A stretch of DNA of 64,000 nt, taken from assembly GCA_013389105.1 (NCBI GenBank), contig JACADZ010000029.1, forward strand, positions 5,924 to 69,923, read 5' to 3'. The position numbers and the translations under genes are program-made. The first letter of the stretch is position 1. Every line of letters begins with the position of its first letter. The notes under the pieces are model-generated. The model was not told the origin of the DNA. It ran no database searches and saw nothing but the letters and a program-made list of their open reading frames with translations. Below are positions 9,077 through 18,328 of the stretch, piece after piece. The stretch is from Parvularculaceae bacterium (GTDB taxonomy: Bacteria; Pseudomonadota; Alphaproteobacteria; Caulobacterales; Parvularculaceae).

Positions 9077-9673
9077 TTATGCCGGCTTTCTGCTGCGTCG
9101 CGCCGCAGCCAAGCCGCCTGCGCCCAGCCCGGCGATAAAGAGCGGGAGCGCGCCGGGAAGCGGCACCTCCGAAAATTCGAAATTCGCGACTGAAAATGTC
9201 GGCAATAGCGCGATCGCATCTGCGCCGGTTGGGGACTGATTCGCGGCGAGGATTGTGAACGCTGCGAGCGCGTCGTTGAGGTTCGGCGTGAATACAAGGC
9301 GATTGATGTTCAGAACGCTATTGAAATAAACGAAGAACCCAGCGCGGTCCGCATTGGTGTTGTTCGCGATAAGCGTCGCCGCACTGCGCGCATTGAAAGC
9401 CGTCGCCGAATTGTCATCATCATCGGCGTTCTGCAGCACGATGACATTGACGTCGTCGAGGACGTTTCCGCCGCTTGCGAGAACGTTCTGGAAGACGATA
9501 TCGCCGCTCACGCCGAACGTGTCGGCGAAAATGCGGTAAAGGTCGTTCGCCGTATCAAAGGCGGGGACGTTGACGGTCGGTTGGCCTGCCTCGATATTGA
9601 TCACCGCCGCCTGTGCGCTGGCGGCGGCGACGACGACCGAGGAGGCGAGGACGGCGAGGAATTTCTTTGCCAC
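9077..9673 (-). CDS. secreted protein with VPLPA-like PEP-CTERM-type (exosortase) sorting signal
   Basis: C-terminus ...EVPLPGALPLFIAGLGAGGLAAARRSRKPA (motif, TM helix, basic cluster). Signal peptide KKFLAVLASSVVVAAASAQA. GTG at 9673 preceded by CAGGAGAA is preferred to the TTG at 9715 used by the track. Confidence 0.75.
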   Translation of the reverse strand: MAKKFLAVLASSVVVAAASAQAAVINIEAGQPTVNVPAFDTANDLYRIFADTFGVSGDIVFQNVLASGGNVLDDVNVIVLQNADDDDNSATAFNARSAATLIANNTNADRAGFFVYFNSVLNINRLVFTPNLNDALAAFTILAANQSPTGADAIALLPTFSVANFEFSEVPLPGALPLFIAGLGAGGLAAARRSRKPA

Positions 9674-10026
9674 GGCCGCATTCTCCTGAAGGTTACTAAC
9701 GTTAGCGTTTTGCAAACGCGCGCACGCGGGCTTTTATTCAATATAAACTCCGAGATTGCCGAGGCCTTGGACGTGAACCCGACGCCATCGGCGCCCCAAC
9801 TGGTTGTGCATAAACGCCGCCAAGCGGCGGCGCCCTGTGCAACAGGACGGTGGCAGTTTGGGTGGTGACTGCATGTTTCAACGCCCGCGTTACGGGATTG
9901 AAACGCGCCACCGCGACGCCGGCGTCTTGGTCACTGTCGAAATGCGCACCACCAATTGATGCTGGCCTGCTGCATTCGAACGACGAGGACTGGCCGCGCG
10001 TAGCAGACACCTATCCGTATGCGACA

Positions 10027-11580
10027 TCAGCCCAGAATCGCCTCGACCAGCATGGGGCCGCGCGTCGAGAATGCGGCCCGCAAAGCGGCGTCGAAGCCGG
10101 CGCTCGTGTCCACGCTCACAGCCTCGACGCCGAAACTGTGCGCGAGAGCGGTATAGGAAATATCAGGATCGGCGAGACTGAGGAGCGAGCGGCTTGCAGC
10201 GCCGGGATTGACCGCCCCCATCCGGCCGAGCTCGATCTTGAGGATCTCATAAGAACGATTGACCGCGACGATGACGGCGATATCGAGCTTTTCGCGGGCC
10301 ATCGTCCAAAGACTTTGCGGCGTGTAAAGAAAGGCGCCGTCGCCGACGAGACACACCACCTTCCTGTCCGGCGCTGCGAGGGCGGCGCCAATAGCAACCG
10401 GGCCGCCCTGTCCGAGCGCGCCGCCGGTAAGCGACAGCCAGTCGTGCGGCGCGGCCTGCGCCGTAGCGGCAAAGGCGAAATGGCTCGCCGTCACGCCGTC
10501 ATCCGAGACGATTGCGCCCTCGGGCATATGGAGGGCGAGAATTTGGCCGAGCGCGGCGGGCGTCAGCGCGCCTTCGGGCGCCGAAGCGCGCGCCGGCTCT
10601 CCGGTCGGGGCGGCCTTCGCCCGAGCGCCGAGAAGTTCGGCGAGCGCAACGAGGCGTTCCCCCGCCTGCGCCGCCGCGCCGCCCGCATCGATGACCGTAC
10701 AGTCGGCCGGCGCACCGCACACGGGACGATTTGGGTACTGAAAAAAGCTGACGGGCGGCGGAGCGCCGACGAGGACGAGGAGATCGACTCCGGCGAGCTG
10801 GGCGATCGACATCTCCGTAAAATACAGGATCTTGGGGGGATTAAATCGCCCCGCGCCGCGCGACTGTCGGGCCGGAAATCCTTCGCCAATTATGCGATAG
10901 CCAGCGCTAGCGAGCCGCGCCGCTGCATCAAGGCCGGCTCCGTGCAGCGCCGTTGCGCCGATCAGGATCGCAGGATTTTTCGCCTGACGGATTGCACGAG
11001 CCGCGGCCTCGACAAGCCCGTCATCGGTCTGACCCCGCGTCGGCCGCCGGCGCTCGGGAAGCGTGTTCGTCTTGCCCCATGCCGCATCGGCGCACATGAC
11101 AATCGCAACTTGCCCGCCGCGCGCAATCGACTCAGAGACGGCGAGAGCGCCCGCGCGCGCGGCGTCGTCCGGCGAGGTGACCGTTTCAACGAGAACGGCT
11201 TGTTCCGCTGCGATCCGCTCAAGATGCGCGGTCAGCGGCGTGTCGAATTTGCGATGGGCAAATGCATGATCGCCGATAATCGATACGATCGGACTATGGG
11301 CGCGTTTCGCATTGTGAAAATTCGCCGCGGCGTTGTGATAACCAGGCGCGAGATGGAGGAGCGTCGCGGCGGGACGTCCGGTCATTCGCGCATAGCCGTC
11401 AGCCGCGCCCGAGGCGACGCCTTCTTGCGCGACTGCGATCGCGCGGATCCGCGGCTCGCGATCAAGCGCGAGGACGATATCGAGTTCGCTTGTGCCCGGA
11501 TTGGCGAAACAGACGGAAACGCCATTGTCCGCAAGGGCCGAAACAAGCGCATCCGCCCCATTGCGGTCTTGATCTGTCAT
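10027..11580 (-). CDS. thiamine-diphosphate-dependent enzyme (acetolactate synthase large-subunit-like)
   Basis: 517 aa. N-terminal GADALVSALADNGVSVCFANPGTSE and C-terminal TPP-binding motif VCLVGDGAFLYTPQSLWT...VNRSY. Confidence 0.85.
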   Translation of the reverse strand: MTDQDRNGADALVSALADNGVSVCFANPGTSELDIVLALDREPRIRAIAVAQEGVASGAADGYARMTGRPAATLLHLAPGYHNAAANFHNAKRAHSPIVSIIGDHAFAHRKFDTPLTAHLERIAAEQAVLVETVTSPDDAARAGALAVSESIARGGQVAIVMCADAAWGKTNTLPERRRPTRGQTDDGLVEAAARAIRQAKNPAILIGATALHGAGLDAAARLASAGYRIIGEGFPARQSRGAGRFNPPKILYFTEMSIAQLAGVDLLVLVGAPPPVSFFQYPNRPVCGAPADCTVIDAGGAAAQAGERLVALAELLGARAKAAPTGEPARASAPEGALTPAALGQILALHMPEGAIVSDDGVTASHFAFAATAQAAPHDWLSLTGGALGQGGPVAIGAALAAPDRKVVCLVGDGAFLYTPQSLWTMAREKLDIAVIVAVNRSYEILKIELGRMGAVNPGAASRSLLSLADPDISYTALAHSFGVEAVSVDTSAGFDAALRAAFSTRGPMLVEAILG

Positions 11581-12008
11581 CGCCTCGATCCTCTTGGCCG
11601 ATCCAAACGGGCGATTGCGCGTTGCTGCTTCGTGAAGCGCGGCGCGACCCCGAACGCAGACCCCTTATGTTTCCGTCGATGTTAGATTGTCGACAATTTT
11701 GCGAAATAAAGTCAAGCTGTTTCTTCGCGCGGCCGCGCCCGCCGAACGGCCGGCGATGCGCGTGAAAGGATGCCGGGAATTTCCGGCTCCACGAGATGAA
11801 AACGCTATCCGTCGCCGATCCGCGCGCTGGGACGTCATCAAAGCGTCACGCGAACGCCGCCCGATCGGGGACCGACCTTTTGTCGACAAAAAGCGCTTTT
11901 CGTTTGCGTCCGACTGTTGCGCATTTGCCTCAATGGATCGGGCCGCGAGGAGCGTTGTCATTCGTCGGGCGCGACGGGCGCGTTCGGAATGCGAACAGGG
12001 ATAGGATC

Positions 12009-12764
12009 ATGAACTTGAAGTTGGCTTTTGGCGCCGGCGCGGCGTGCGCGGCGCTCATGATGGGCGCGGCGGCGTCTGCAGATGACGGCGGCTTTTATGT
12101 CGGCGCCTTCGCCGGCCTGCACTTTCCGGAGGACGTTCAACTGAACGGCTTCAACGCGGCGAACCAAGTGCGCGCCATCGAAGCGCGTCTCGACAACGGA
12201 ACGGTTTATGGCGCAGCGGTCGGCTATGCGGGCCGCGATCACTCTTTCGGCCGCTGGCGCGCGGAAGTCGAAACCTCGTTCCGCTCGGCGGACCTCGACG
12301 GTCTTGCACTCAATGGCGTTGATCGCACCGTCCTCGACGGCTCGGAAGTCTCGACGGTCGCAGCGCTCGTCAATGTCGCCTACGATACGCCGAAGTTCTT
12401 CGACCGCTTGCGGTTCAGCGCCGGCGCCGGTTTCGGGCTTGCGGTCATTGATCACGAGATTCGCTATCTCGTGGCGAATGCCGCCGCCATCGGCTCGATC
12501 CCGGGCAATCTGCAAATCGCCATCCCGTCGAGCGAGGCGACCTATGCCTATCAGCTTTTGGGCGGCGCCGATTTCGCGCTCACGAATCGCCTGTCGCTGA
12601 CGACGGAGTTCCGTTACGTCAAGCAAGGCGACGTTGATGCGGAGCGTTTCATCCTCAACAGCATCATCAATGGCGTCGCGACGACGAATGGAACTCTGGA
12701 TTCCATTCTTGAATCGAAGCACGACTTCAAGGCGCTGACCTTCGGTCTGCGCTATCGCTTCTGA
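12009..12764 (+). CDS. outer-membrane beta-barrel protein (OmpA-like/Omp25-type small porin family)
   Basis: ATG at 12009 gives signal peptide MNLKLAFGAGAACAALMMGAAASA. Alternating aromatic beta-strands and C-terminal ...FGLRYRF. The track start at 11796 adds a non-protein-like leader. Confidence 0.75.
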   Translation: MNLKLAFGAGAACAALMMGAAASADDGGFYVGAFAGLHFPEDVQLNGFNAANQVRAIEARLDNGTVYGAAVGYAGRDHSFGRWRAEVETSFRSADLDGLALNGVDRTVLDGSEVSTVAALVNVAYDTPKFFDRLRFSAGAGFGLAVIDHEIRYLVANAAAIGSIPGNLQIAIPSSEATYAYQLLGGADFALTNRLSLTTEFRYVKQGDVDAERFILNSIINGVATTNGTLDSILESKHDFKALTFGLRYRF

Positions 12765-12990
12765 GGCGTCACGGCATGACGCGGGATCGCTGCGGTCAGT
12801 CCAGTTGTTGATTGCCGCAGCGCTTCGCGCGACGTCGTGTGCGCTTTTGCGCAGGCCGCCCCCGCGCAACGATTGGCGGGGGGAAGCTTGGTCAATCTTG
12901 ATGACGGCTTGCCTCCGCGCCCAAAAAGCGCAGAGGCGCTGTTATGGCAGGCTTCTGAAGAGTCGCTCTTCTGTTCGGTCAGAGCGGCAT

Positions 12991-13021
12991 TGAGGCGCCC
13001 CGGTAACCCAGTAGGCTGTTT
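12991..13021. repeat. IS3 terminal inverted repeat (orfB-proximal end)
   Basis: Starts TGAGGCGCC...; pairs imperfectly with the 14203-14233 end. Hand alignment only. Confidence 0.45.
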
Positions 13022-13029
13022 GGTTGGGG

Positions 13030-13854
13030 TCATGCAGCGATAGCGGTTCCCTTGAGCGCTGCAAAGTAGTTGGCCTCGGCTTCTGCCGGCGGGATGTTTC
13101 TCATGGGCTCGAGCAGGCGGCGGCGATTGAACCAATCGACCCATTCAAGCGTGGCGTATTCGACCGCGTCCATGGATTGCCACGGGCCTTTGCGCCAGAT
13201 GACTTCTGCCTTGTAGAGTCCATTGATCGTCTCGGCGAGAGCGTTGTCGTAACTGTCGCCGACACTACCGACCGAAGGCTCGAGGCCTGCTTCTGTCAGA
13301 CGCTCCGTATACCGTACACTGACATACAGGCTGCCGCGATCGGAGTGATGAACCAGGCCGCTGCCAGAGCAGGGCCTTCGATCATGCAAGGCCTGTTCGA
13401 GAGCGTCGAGGACGAAGCCCGCCCGGGTCGAAACATAAGTGAAATCAGAGACCCACAGCACATTCGGCGCTTCAGCTTTGAAATTGCGGTTCACGCGATC
13501 GAGTGGACAGGGCGCGGACTTGTCGCTGTAGGTTGTGCGATGCGGTTTGCCGCGGATAATGCCCTGCAAGCCAAGGGCCTTCATCAGGCGCCTGACAGTG
13601 CAACGTGCAACGTCAAAACCCTCTCGCTGCATCTGGCGCCAGATCGTGTTGGCGCCGTAGACAGCAAAGCTCTCGTTGAAGACCCGAAGGATCTCTGGCT
13701 TCAGCGCCTCGTCCCGGCGGATCCGCGGCGGCGTGCTTTCGGGGCGCCGCCGCCGCACATTTGCCTCATGATAGGTTGATGGGGCGATCGGCAATACCCT
13801 GCAGATCGGCTCGACCCCATAAACATCGCGGTGATCGTCGATGAACGCGATCAT
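13030..13854 (-). CDS. IS3-family transposase OrfB (DDE/integrase core) carrying an apparent in-frame internal deletion
   Basis: [21 protein letters not shown]..., DDE residues in [31 protein letters not shown]. The D-to-D spacing is only 35 residues (counted), whereas I remember about 60 for the family. Confidence 0.85.
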   Translation of the reverse strand: MIAFIDDHRDVYGVEPICRVLPIAPSTYHEANVRRRRPESTPPRIRRDEALKPEILRVFNESFAVYGANTIWRQMQREGFDVARCTVRRLMKALGLQGIIRGKPHRTTYSDKSAPCPLDRVNRNFKAEAPNVLWVSDFTYVSTRAGFVLDALEQALHDRRPCSGSGLVHHSDRGSLYVSVRYTERLTEAGLEPSVGSVGDSYDNALAETINGLYKAEVIWRKGPWQSMDAVEYATLEWVDWFNRRRLLEPMRNIPPAEAEANYFAALKGTAIAA

Positions 13855-14183
13855 GTCCTTGGTCGGCGGTCGAGCTCCGCCTGAGCAAAATACGCCGACG
13901 CCTTCCGGAGAATCTCGTTCGCCTGGCGAAGCTCCTTCACTTCGCGCTCAAGCATCTTGATCCGCTCGCGCTCTTCGGTGCTCGGGCCAGTCCGCTTGCC
14001 GGCATCCCATTCAGCTTGCGCCACCCAGTTATGCAGCGTCTGCGGCGTGCACCCGATCTTGCCGGCAATCGAAACAATCGCCGCCCATTGCGAGGCGTGC
14101 TCGCGCGCGTGCTCAGATACCATCCGAACCGCACGCTCACGCACCTCAGGCGAGTAATTTGGTCTTTGCTTCTTGTCTGTCAT
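13851..14183 (-). CDS. IS3-family transposase OrfA (HTH)
   Basis: [22 protein letters not shown]...QTLHNWV...[28 protein letters not shown]. The stop overlaps the orfB ATG (ATGA). The orfB frame is open for at least 20 codons upstream of its ATG, as expected for -1 frameshift fusion. Confidence 0.9.
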   Translation of the reverse strand: MTDKKQRPNYSPEVRERAVRMVSEHAREHASQWAAIVSIAGKIGCTPQTLHNWVAQAEWDAGKRTGPSTEERERIKMLEREVKELRQANEILRKASAYFAQAELDRRPRT

Positions 14184-14202
14184 AAGGCCACTCTCTGAAA
14201 TA

Positions 14203-14233
14203 AAATGGCCACCGGCAAACCCGGCGCGGTTCA
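14203..14233. repeat. IS3 terminal inverted repeat (orfA-proximal end)
   Basis: Ends ...CCGGCGCGGTTCA. Imperfect inverted match to 12991-13021. Confidence 0.45.
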
Positions 14234-14528
14234 GAATTTCTGTCCGCCCGATTCATCGAACCGCTTCCGCGCAAGCCATTGCATTCGCTTAGCTTGCGTT
14301 AAAAGAACGCGCCGAGGTCCGCCTTGAACCTTTCGCTCTGAAATCACCTGATCTAAACGCGAAATGATGAGCGCGCGTCGCGCCATGCGTGGGTCCGGAT
14401 GGGCGCGGATGCTGCAGACGCCGTCCGATACGATCCTTCCGCGAAATGATTTGGGAACCTCGACGCTGAATTTTGGCGGCGGCGGGTCCTTGTCGTTTAG
14501 GACGCGCTTGTGCCAGAACGTCGGCCTC

Positions 14529-15191
14529 ATGCGATATGCCGCGGTCATTTTCGATTGCGACGGCGTTCTCGTCGACAGCGAGATCCTCGGCCTCGAAGAC
14601 AGCGCCGCCTATCTGCGCGCGCATGGCCTTCCCTGGTCCGGCGCCGATCTCGTGCGGCTGTTCACGGGCCTGCGCGACGATGCGTTCCGGAGGCGTCTCA
14701 TCGACGGCTACCGCAAGGCGAACATGGTCGATCCGCCAGCGGATTTTTTCGATGGCCTGATCGACCAGCGCCGCCGCCGGCGCGACGAGCTCCGCGAGGT
14801 GGCCGGCGCGGCCGACGCGTTGCGCCTGACCCGCGGCCGCAACGCCGTCGCGTCATCCTCGCGACGCGCCGTTCTGCATGACAAGCTGAAACGCGTCGGG
14901 CACTATGACCTCGTCGCGCCGAATATCTATTCCGGCGACGATGTGGCGCATGGGAAGCCGGCCCCCGATCTCTTTCTTCACGCGGCGGACCGTCTCGGCG
15001 TCGCGCCGCGCGACTGCCTCGTCGTCGAGGACAGCGTCAACGGGGTCGCCGCCGGGGTCGCCGCCGGCATGGCCGTGTGCGCGTTCCTTGGCGGAGGCCA
15101 TTGCTTTGAGGGCCATCGGGAGCGCCTGGAGGAAGCCGGCGCTTCGTTCGCCGCGGCGAGCTTTTCAGACCTTGTCCGGGTCATCGGCTGA
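14529..15191 (+). CDS. HAD-superfamily hydrolase (beta-phosphoglucomutase/phosphatase-like)
   Basis: Motif I at the N-terminus when started at ATG 14529: MRYAAVIFDCDGVLVDSE. Later GKPAPDLF and VVEDSVNG motifs. Confidence 0.8.
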   Translation: MRYAAVIFDCDGVLVDSEILGLEDSAAYLRAHGLPWSGADLVRLFTGLRDDAFRRRLIDGYRKANMVDPPADFFDGLIDQRRRRRDELREVAGAADALRLTRGRNAVASSSRRAVLHDKLKRVGHYDLVAPNIYSGDDVAHGKPAPDLFLHAADRLGVAPRDCLVVEDSVNGVAAGVAAGMAVCAFLGGGHCFEGHRERLEEAGASFAAASFSDLVRVIG

Positions 15192-15262
15192 CGGACCTCC
15201 GCGCTTGCGCGCAGTCCGCAAAGGCGCAATCTCCCGTCGCCGCAGCATGGGTTAAGCGAAAA

Positions 15263-16303
15263 ATGCGATTCGGGTCCGACAACATGGCGCCGGCGCACCC
15301 CCGGATCATGGATGCGCTGGCGCGGGCCAACGAAGGCTACGCCCGCGCCTATGGCGGCGACGAAATCACAGCGCGGGTCGAGGAGCTGTTCGGCCGGATC
15401 TTCGAGCGCGACGTTGCCGTTTTTCTTGTGGGAACCGGCGGCGCGGCGAACGCGCTGGCGCTTTCCGCGCTCACGCCCCCCTGGGGGATGATCCTCGCGC
15501 ATGAGGCGAGCCACGTCCAGATGGACGAGTGCGGCGGCGTCGAACTCGCGACGGGCGGCGCCAAGATCCTCCCGGTAGCAGGCGGCGACGGCAAGCTCAC
15601 GCCCGCGGCAGTTCTCGCGGCGCTGTCGGGCTTTCCCGAACGGCCCCCACACGGAACGCCCGCGACTGCGCTGTCGCTGACGCAGGCAAGCGAGTTAGGC
15701 ACGGTGTATGCGCCCGCGGAACTTCACGCGCTCTCCGAGCTGGCGCATGCGCGCGGCCTCGCGGTGCATCTCGACGGGGCCCGCTTCGCTAACGCTGTTG
15801 CGGCGCTCGGCGTTTCGCCTGCCGACCTCAGCTGGCGCGCGGGCGTGGACGCCATGTCGTTCGGCGGCACCAAAAACGGCTGCATCATGGCGGAGGCCGT
15901 CGTTTTCTTTGATCAGTCGAAGGCGGAGCATTTCGCCTTCCGGCGCAAGCGCGCCGGACATCTCTTCTCAAAGTCCCGTTACCTGGCCGCGCAGTTCGAA
16001 GCCTATTTCGACGGCGGGCTGTGGCTCGACCTCGCCGGCCGCGCCAACGGCATGGCGAAGCGTCTCGCCGACGGGATCACGGCGCTCGACGGCGCCCGGC
16101 TCTGGCATCCTCAGCAGGCGAATGAAGTTTTCGCGTCTTTGCCGCCCGGCGCGGAGGAGCGCCTGCGCGCCGCCGGCGCGGAATTCTATCCCTGGATCAC
16201 GCCCGGCGACCCCGCTGGCGGGCGCATGATCCGACTTGTCTGCTCGTGGGCGACGACGACAGAGGACGTCGACGCCTTCCTCGCGATCGCCGGTCGCCGC
16301 TAG
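15263..16303 (+). CDS. ltaE: low-specificity L-threonine aldolase (PLP-dependent, beta-eliminating lyase family)
   Basis: MRFGSDNMAPAHPRIMDALARANEGYARAYGGDEITARVEELF..., FGGTKNG lysine motif; 346 aa. Confidence 0.75.
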   Translation: MRFGSDNMAPAHPRIMDALARANEGYARAYGGDEITARVEELFGRIFERDVAVFLVGTGGAANALALSALTPPWGMILAHEASHVQMDECGGVELATGGAKILPVAGGDGKLTPAAVLAALSGFPERPPHGTPATALSLTQASELGTVYAPAELHALSELAHARGLAVHLDGARFANAVAALGVSPADLSWRAGVDAMSFGGTKNGCIMAEAVVFFDQSKAEHFAFRRKRAGHLFSKSRYLAAQFEAYFDGGLWLDLAGRANGMAKRLADGITALDGARLWHPQQANEVFASLPPGAEERLRAAGAEFYPWITPGDPAGGRMIRLVCSWATTTEDVDAFLAIAGRR

Positions 16304-16324
16304 GACGCGACGGCCCCAGCGGAG

Positions 16325-17101
16325 TCAGGCGCCCGGAGCCGGATGCCCGGTTTTTCCTCTGGCGCGAATGTTCAAGAGCTCCACCGCCAGCGAAAAGGCG
16401 ATCGCAAAGTAAAGATAGCCGCGCGGAATGTGGAAGCCGGCGCCGTCGGCGATCAGCGCGACCCCGATCAGCAGGATAAAGGCGAGCGCCAGCATCTTGG
16501 TGGTCGGATGGCGTTCGATGAAGGATCCAAGCGGCTTGGCCGCCAGCGCCATCACAACGGTCGAGAGGATGACTGCGAGCACCATGACGGCGAGGATGTC
16601 GGTGAGCCCGACCGCGGTGATGACGCTGTCGAGCGAGAACACGACGTTGATGACCATCAGCTGGATGACGACGCCTGTGAAGTTCGACTTGGCTTTGGAT
16701 TTCTCATGAGCGACGCCCTCGACAGCGGAATGAATCTCCTGGGTGCCTTTCCAGAGCAGGAACAACCCCCCCGCCAGCAGAACGAGATCCTTCAGCGTGA
16801 CCTCCCGGAACGCGTCGCGCGCATGCTTGTCGTCGCCGAGAAAGGCGGCGAGCCCGTCCGGAAAATAGAACAACGGCGCCTTTTCGAGCTGGATGATCCA
16901 GAAAATGAGCGTCAGCATGAGAATGCGCAGCGCCATCGCGCCCCACACGCCGATGCGGCGCGCGGCCTGAAGTTCCTTGCTTTTGAGGTTCTGAATCGCG
17001 ATCGAGACGAAGAGCAGGTTGTCGATGCCTAGGACAATCTCGAGAAAGGTCAGCGTCGTGAGGCTGCCCCAGAAGGCGGGCGAGGCGAGAAGTTCGGCCA
17101 T
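16325..17101 (-). CDS. TerC-family integral membrane protein
   Basis: 258 aa, multi-TM, repeated LGIDNLLFVSI / FSLDSVITAVG motifs. Starts 36 nt after the hemH stop, so probably co-transcribed. Confidence 0.85.
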   Translation of the reverse strand: MAELLASPAFWGSLTTLTFLEIVLGIDNLLFVSIAIQNLKSKELQAARRIGVWGAMALRILMLTLIFWIIQLEKAPLFYFPDGLAAFLGDDKHARDAFREVTLKDLVLLAGGLFLLWKGTQEIHSAVEGVAHEKSKAKSNFTGVVIQLMVINVVFSLDSVITAVGLTDILAVMVLAVILSTVVMALAAKPLGSFIERHPTTKMLALAFILLIGVALIADGAGFHIPRGYLYFAIAFSLAVELLNIRARGKTGHPAPGA

Positions 17102-17136
17102 TTGGATTCCAGTTGCGGCGGAGCGAAACTGAGCTT

Positions 17137-18174
17137 TTACGCCGCCGCCGCTGCGCTGCCTACCGCTTCAAGGACCAGCGCCTCGAGAAGTTCGATCATC
17201 GCGTCGCTTTCGTTAAGACAGGGCAAGGCGACGAGCGTCGACCCGCCCGCCGCGACGAATGCGTCCCTTGCCTCGAGCGCAATCTCCTCGAGCGTCTCGA
17301 CGCAGTCCGCGACGAAGCCGGGGGTGAGCACGGCGATATTCCTCACCCCCCGTTCGGCCAGGGTTTCGATCGTCTTTTCGGTCGAAGGCTCGAGCCAGCG
17401 GCCCGGTCCGAACTTCGACTGGAACGTCATCGGCGCGAAATCCTCGCTCCAGCCCATCGCCGCCCGCAGCAGCCTTGAGGTGACGACGCACTGGTCGAAG
17501 TAGGGGTCGCCGCGATCGACGTAACGCTTCGGCAGACCGTGATAAGAAAGCACGACGCGCTCCGGCGCGGCGTCGAGCGTCGCGAGGCGCCGGACCGTCT
17601 CGACCCGGAGAGCGTCGATGTATTTCGGATGGTCGAAAAAGGCCGGAAGGACTTTCGGCGCTTGCGCAGCGTTCCCGCCGGCGGCCGAGACCGCGTCGGC
17701 GACGCTGTCATTCGTCGTCAAAGAGTATTGGGGATAAAGAGGGACAACGACGATCTCGGTCGCGCCCTGCGCGCGCAGCGCCGCAAGCCGGTCGGCGATC
17801 GACGGCGATCCGTAGCGCATCGCCCAGTCGACGATCGCGCGCCGGCCGAGGCGCTCGGCGAGGCGCTCCGCCTGTCGGCGCGTGTGAAAGCGCAGCGGGG
17901 ACTCGCCGGTGTCGGCGCGCCACACCTGCGCATAGGCCTCCGCGGTTTTCTGCGGACGTATGCTGAGAATGACCCCGTGCAGCAACGGCAGCCACAGCCA
18001 GCGTGGGATGTCGATCAGCCTCGGATCGCTGAGGAACTCGGCCAGAAAGCGCCTGACCGCGGGCACGGTCGGCGCCTCGGGCGTGCCCAGGTTGACGAGA
18101 AGGACACCGCGCCTGAGGCCCGGAGGGCTCATGCTCGCAGCCGGGCCGACCTGGGCATCGGTCAGGGTGTCCAA
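17137..18174 (-). CDS. hemH: ferrochelatase
   Basis: GVLLVNLGTPEAPT..VRRFLAEFLSDPRLIDIP, YPQYS, SYHGLP, FQS.FG motifs; 345 aa. Confidence 0.9.
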   Translation of the reverse strand: MDTLTDAQVGPAASMSPPGLRRGVLLVNLGTPEAPTVPAVRRFLAEFLSDPRLIDIPRWLWLPLLHGVILSIRPQKTAEAYAQVWRADTGESPLRFHTRRQAERLAERLGRRAIVDWAMRYGSPSIADRLAALRAQGATEIVVVPLYPQYSLTTNDSVADAVSAAGGNAAQAPKVLPAFFDHPKYIDALRVETVRRLATLDAAPERVVLSYHGLPKRYVDRGDPYFDQCVVTSRLLRAAMGWSEDFAPMTFQSKFGPGRWLEPSTEKTIETLAERGVRNIAVLTPGFVADCVETLEEIALEARDAFVAAGGSTLVALPCLNESDAMIELLEALVLEAVGSAAAAA

Positions 18175-18328
18175 ATTCCGCTCCTAACAGGCGTCTCGAC
18201 CTTGTATACGAGGGCGCAGGCCCGTCGGCTTTCCCACGCCGAGTACGGGCTTCAGCTGTCACAATCCTGAAACACAAACCGAAGACGTTGCCGCAACCGC
18301 TCGGGGCGCGCCGAGTGCGCCAGCAGCT

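Larger units (their letters stand above)
12991..14233 (-). mobile_element. IS3-family insertion sequence (orfA + orfB), ~1.24 kb, boundaries approximate
   Basis: Two overlapping transposase ORFs flanked by TG...CA termini. About 30-bp imperfect inverted repeats (TGAGGCGCCCCGGTAACCCAG... at 12991 versus the reverse complement of ...CCGGCGCGGTTCA ending at 14233; roughly 20/31 matches by hand alignment). No clear target-site duplication found. Confidence 0.7.

Noticed and set aside
9850-11685. 611-aa plus-strand ORF
   Set aside because: Antisense shadow of the ThDP-enzyme gene (10027-11580). Extremely Arg-rich, with no recognisable motifs.
11796-12008. N-terminal 71-codon extension of the OMP ORF
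   Set aside because: The extension is not protein-like. The ATG at 12009 gives a textbook signal peptide.
17102-17136. Possible yybP-ykoY (Mn) riboswitch upstream of the TerC-family gene
   Set aside because: Only 35 nt separate the TerC start from the hemH stop, which is too short for the riboswitch. The gene is more likely co-transcribed with hemH.
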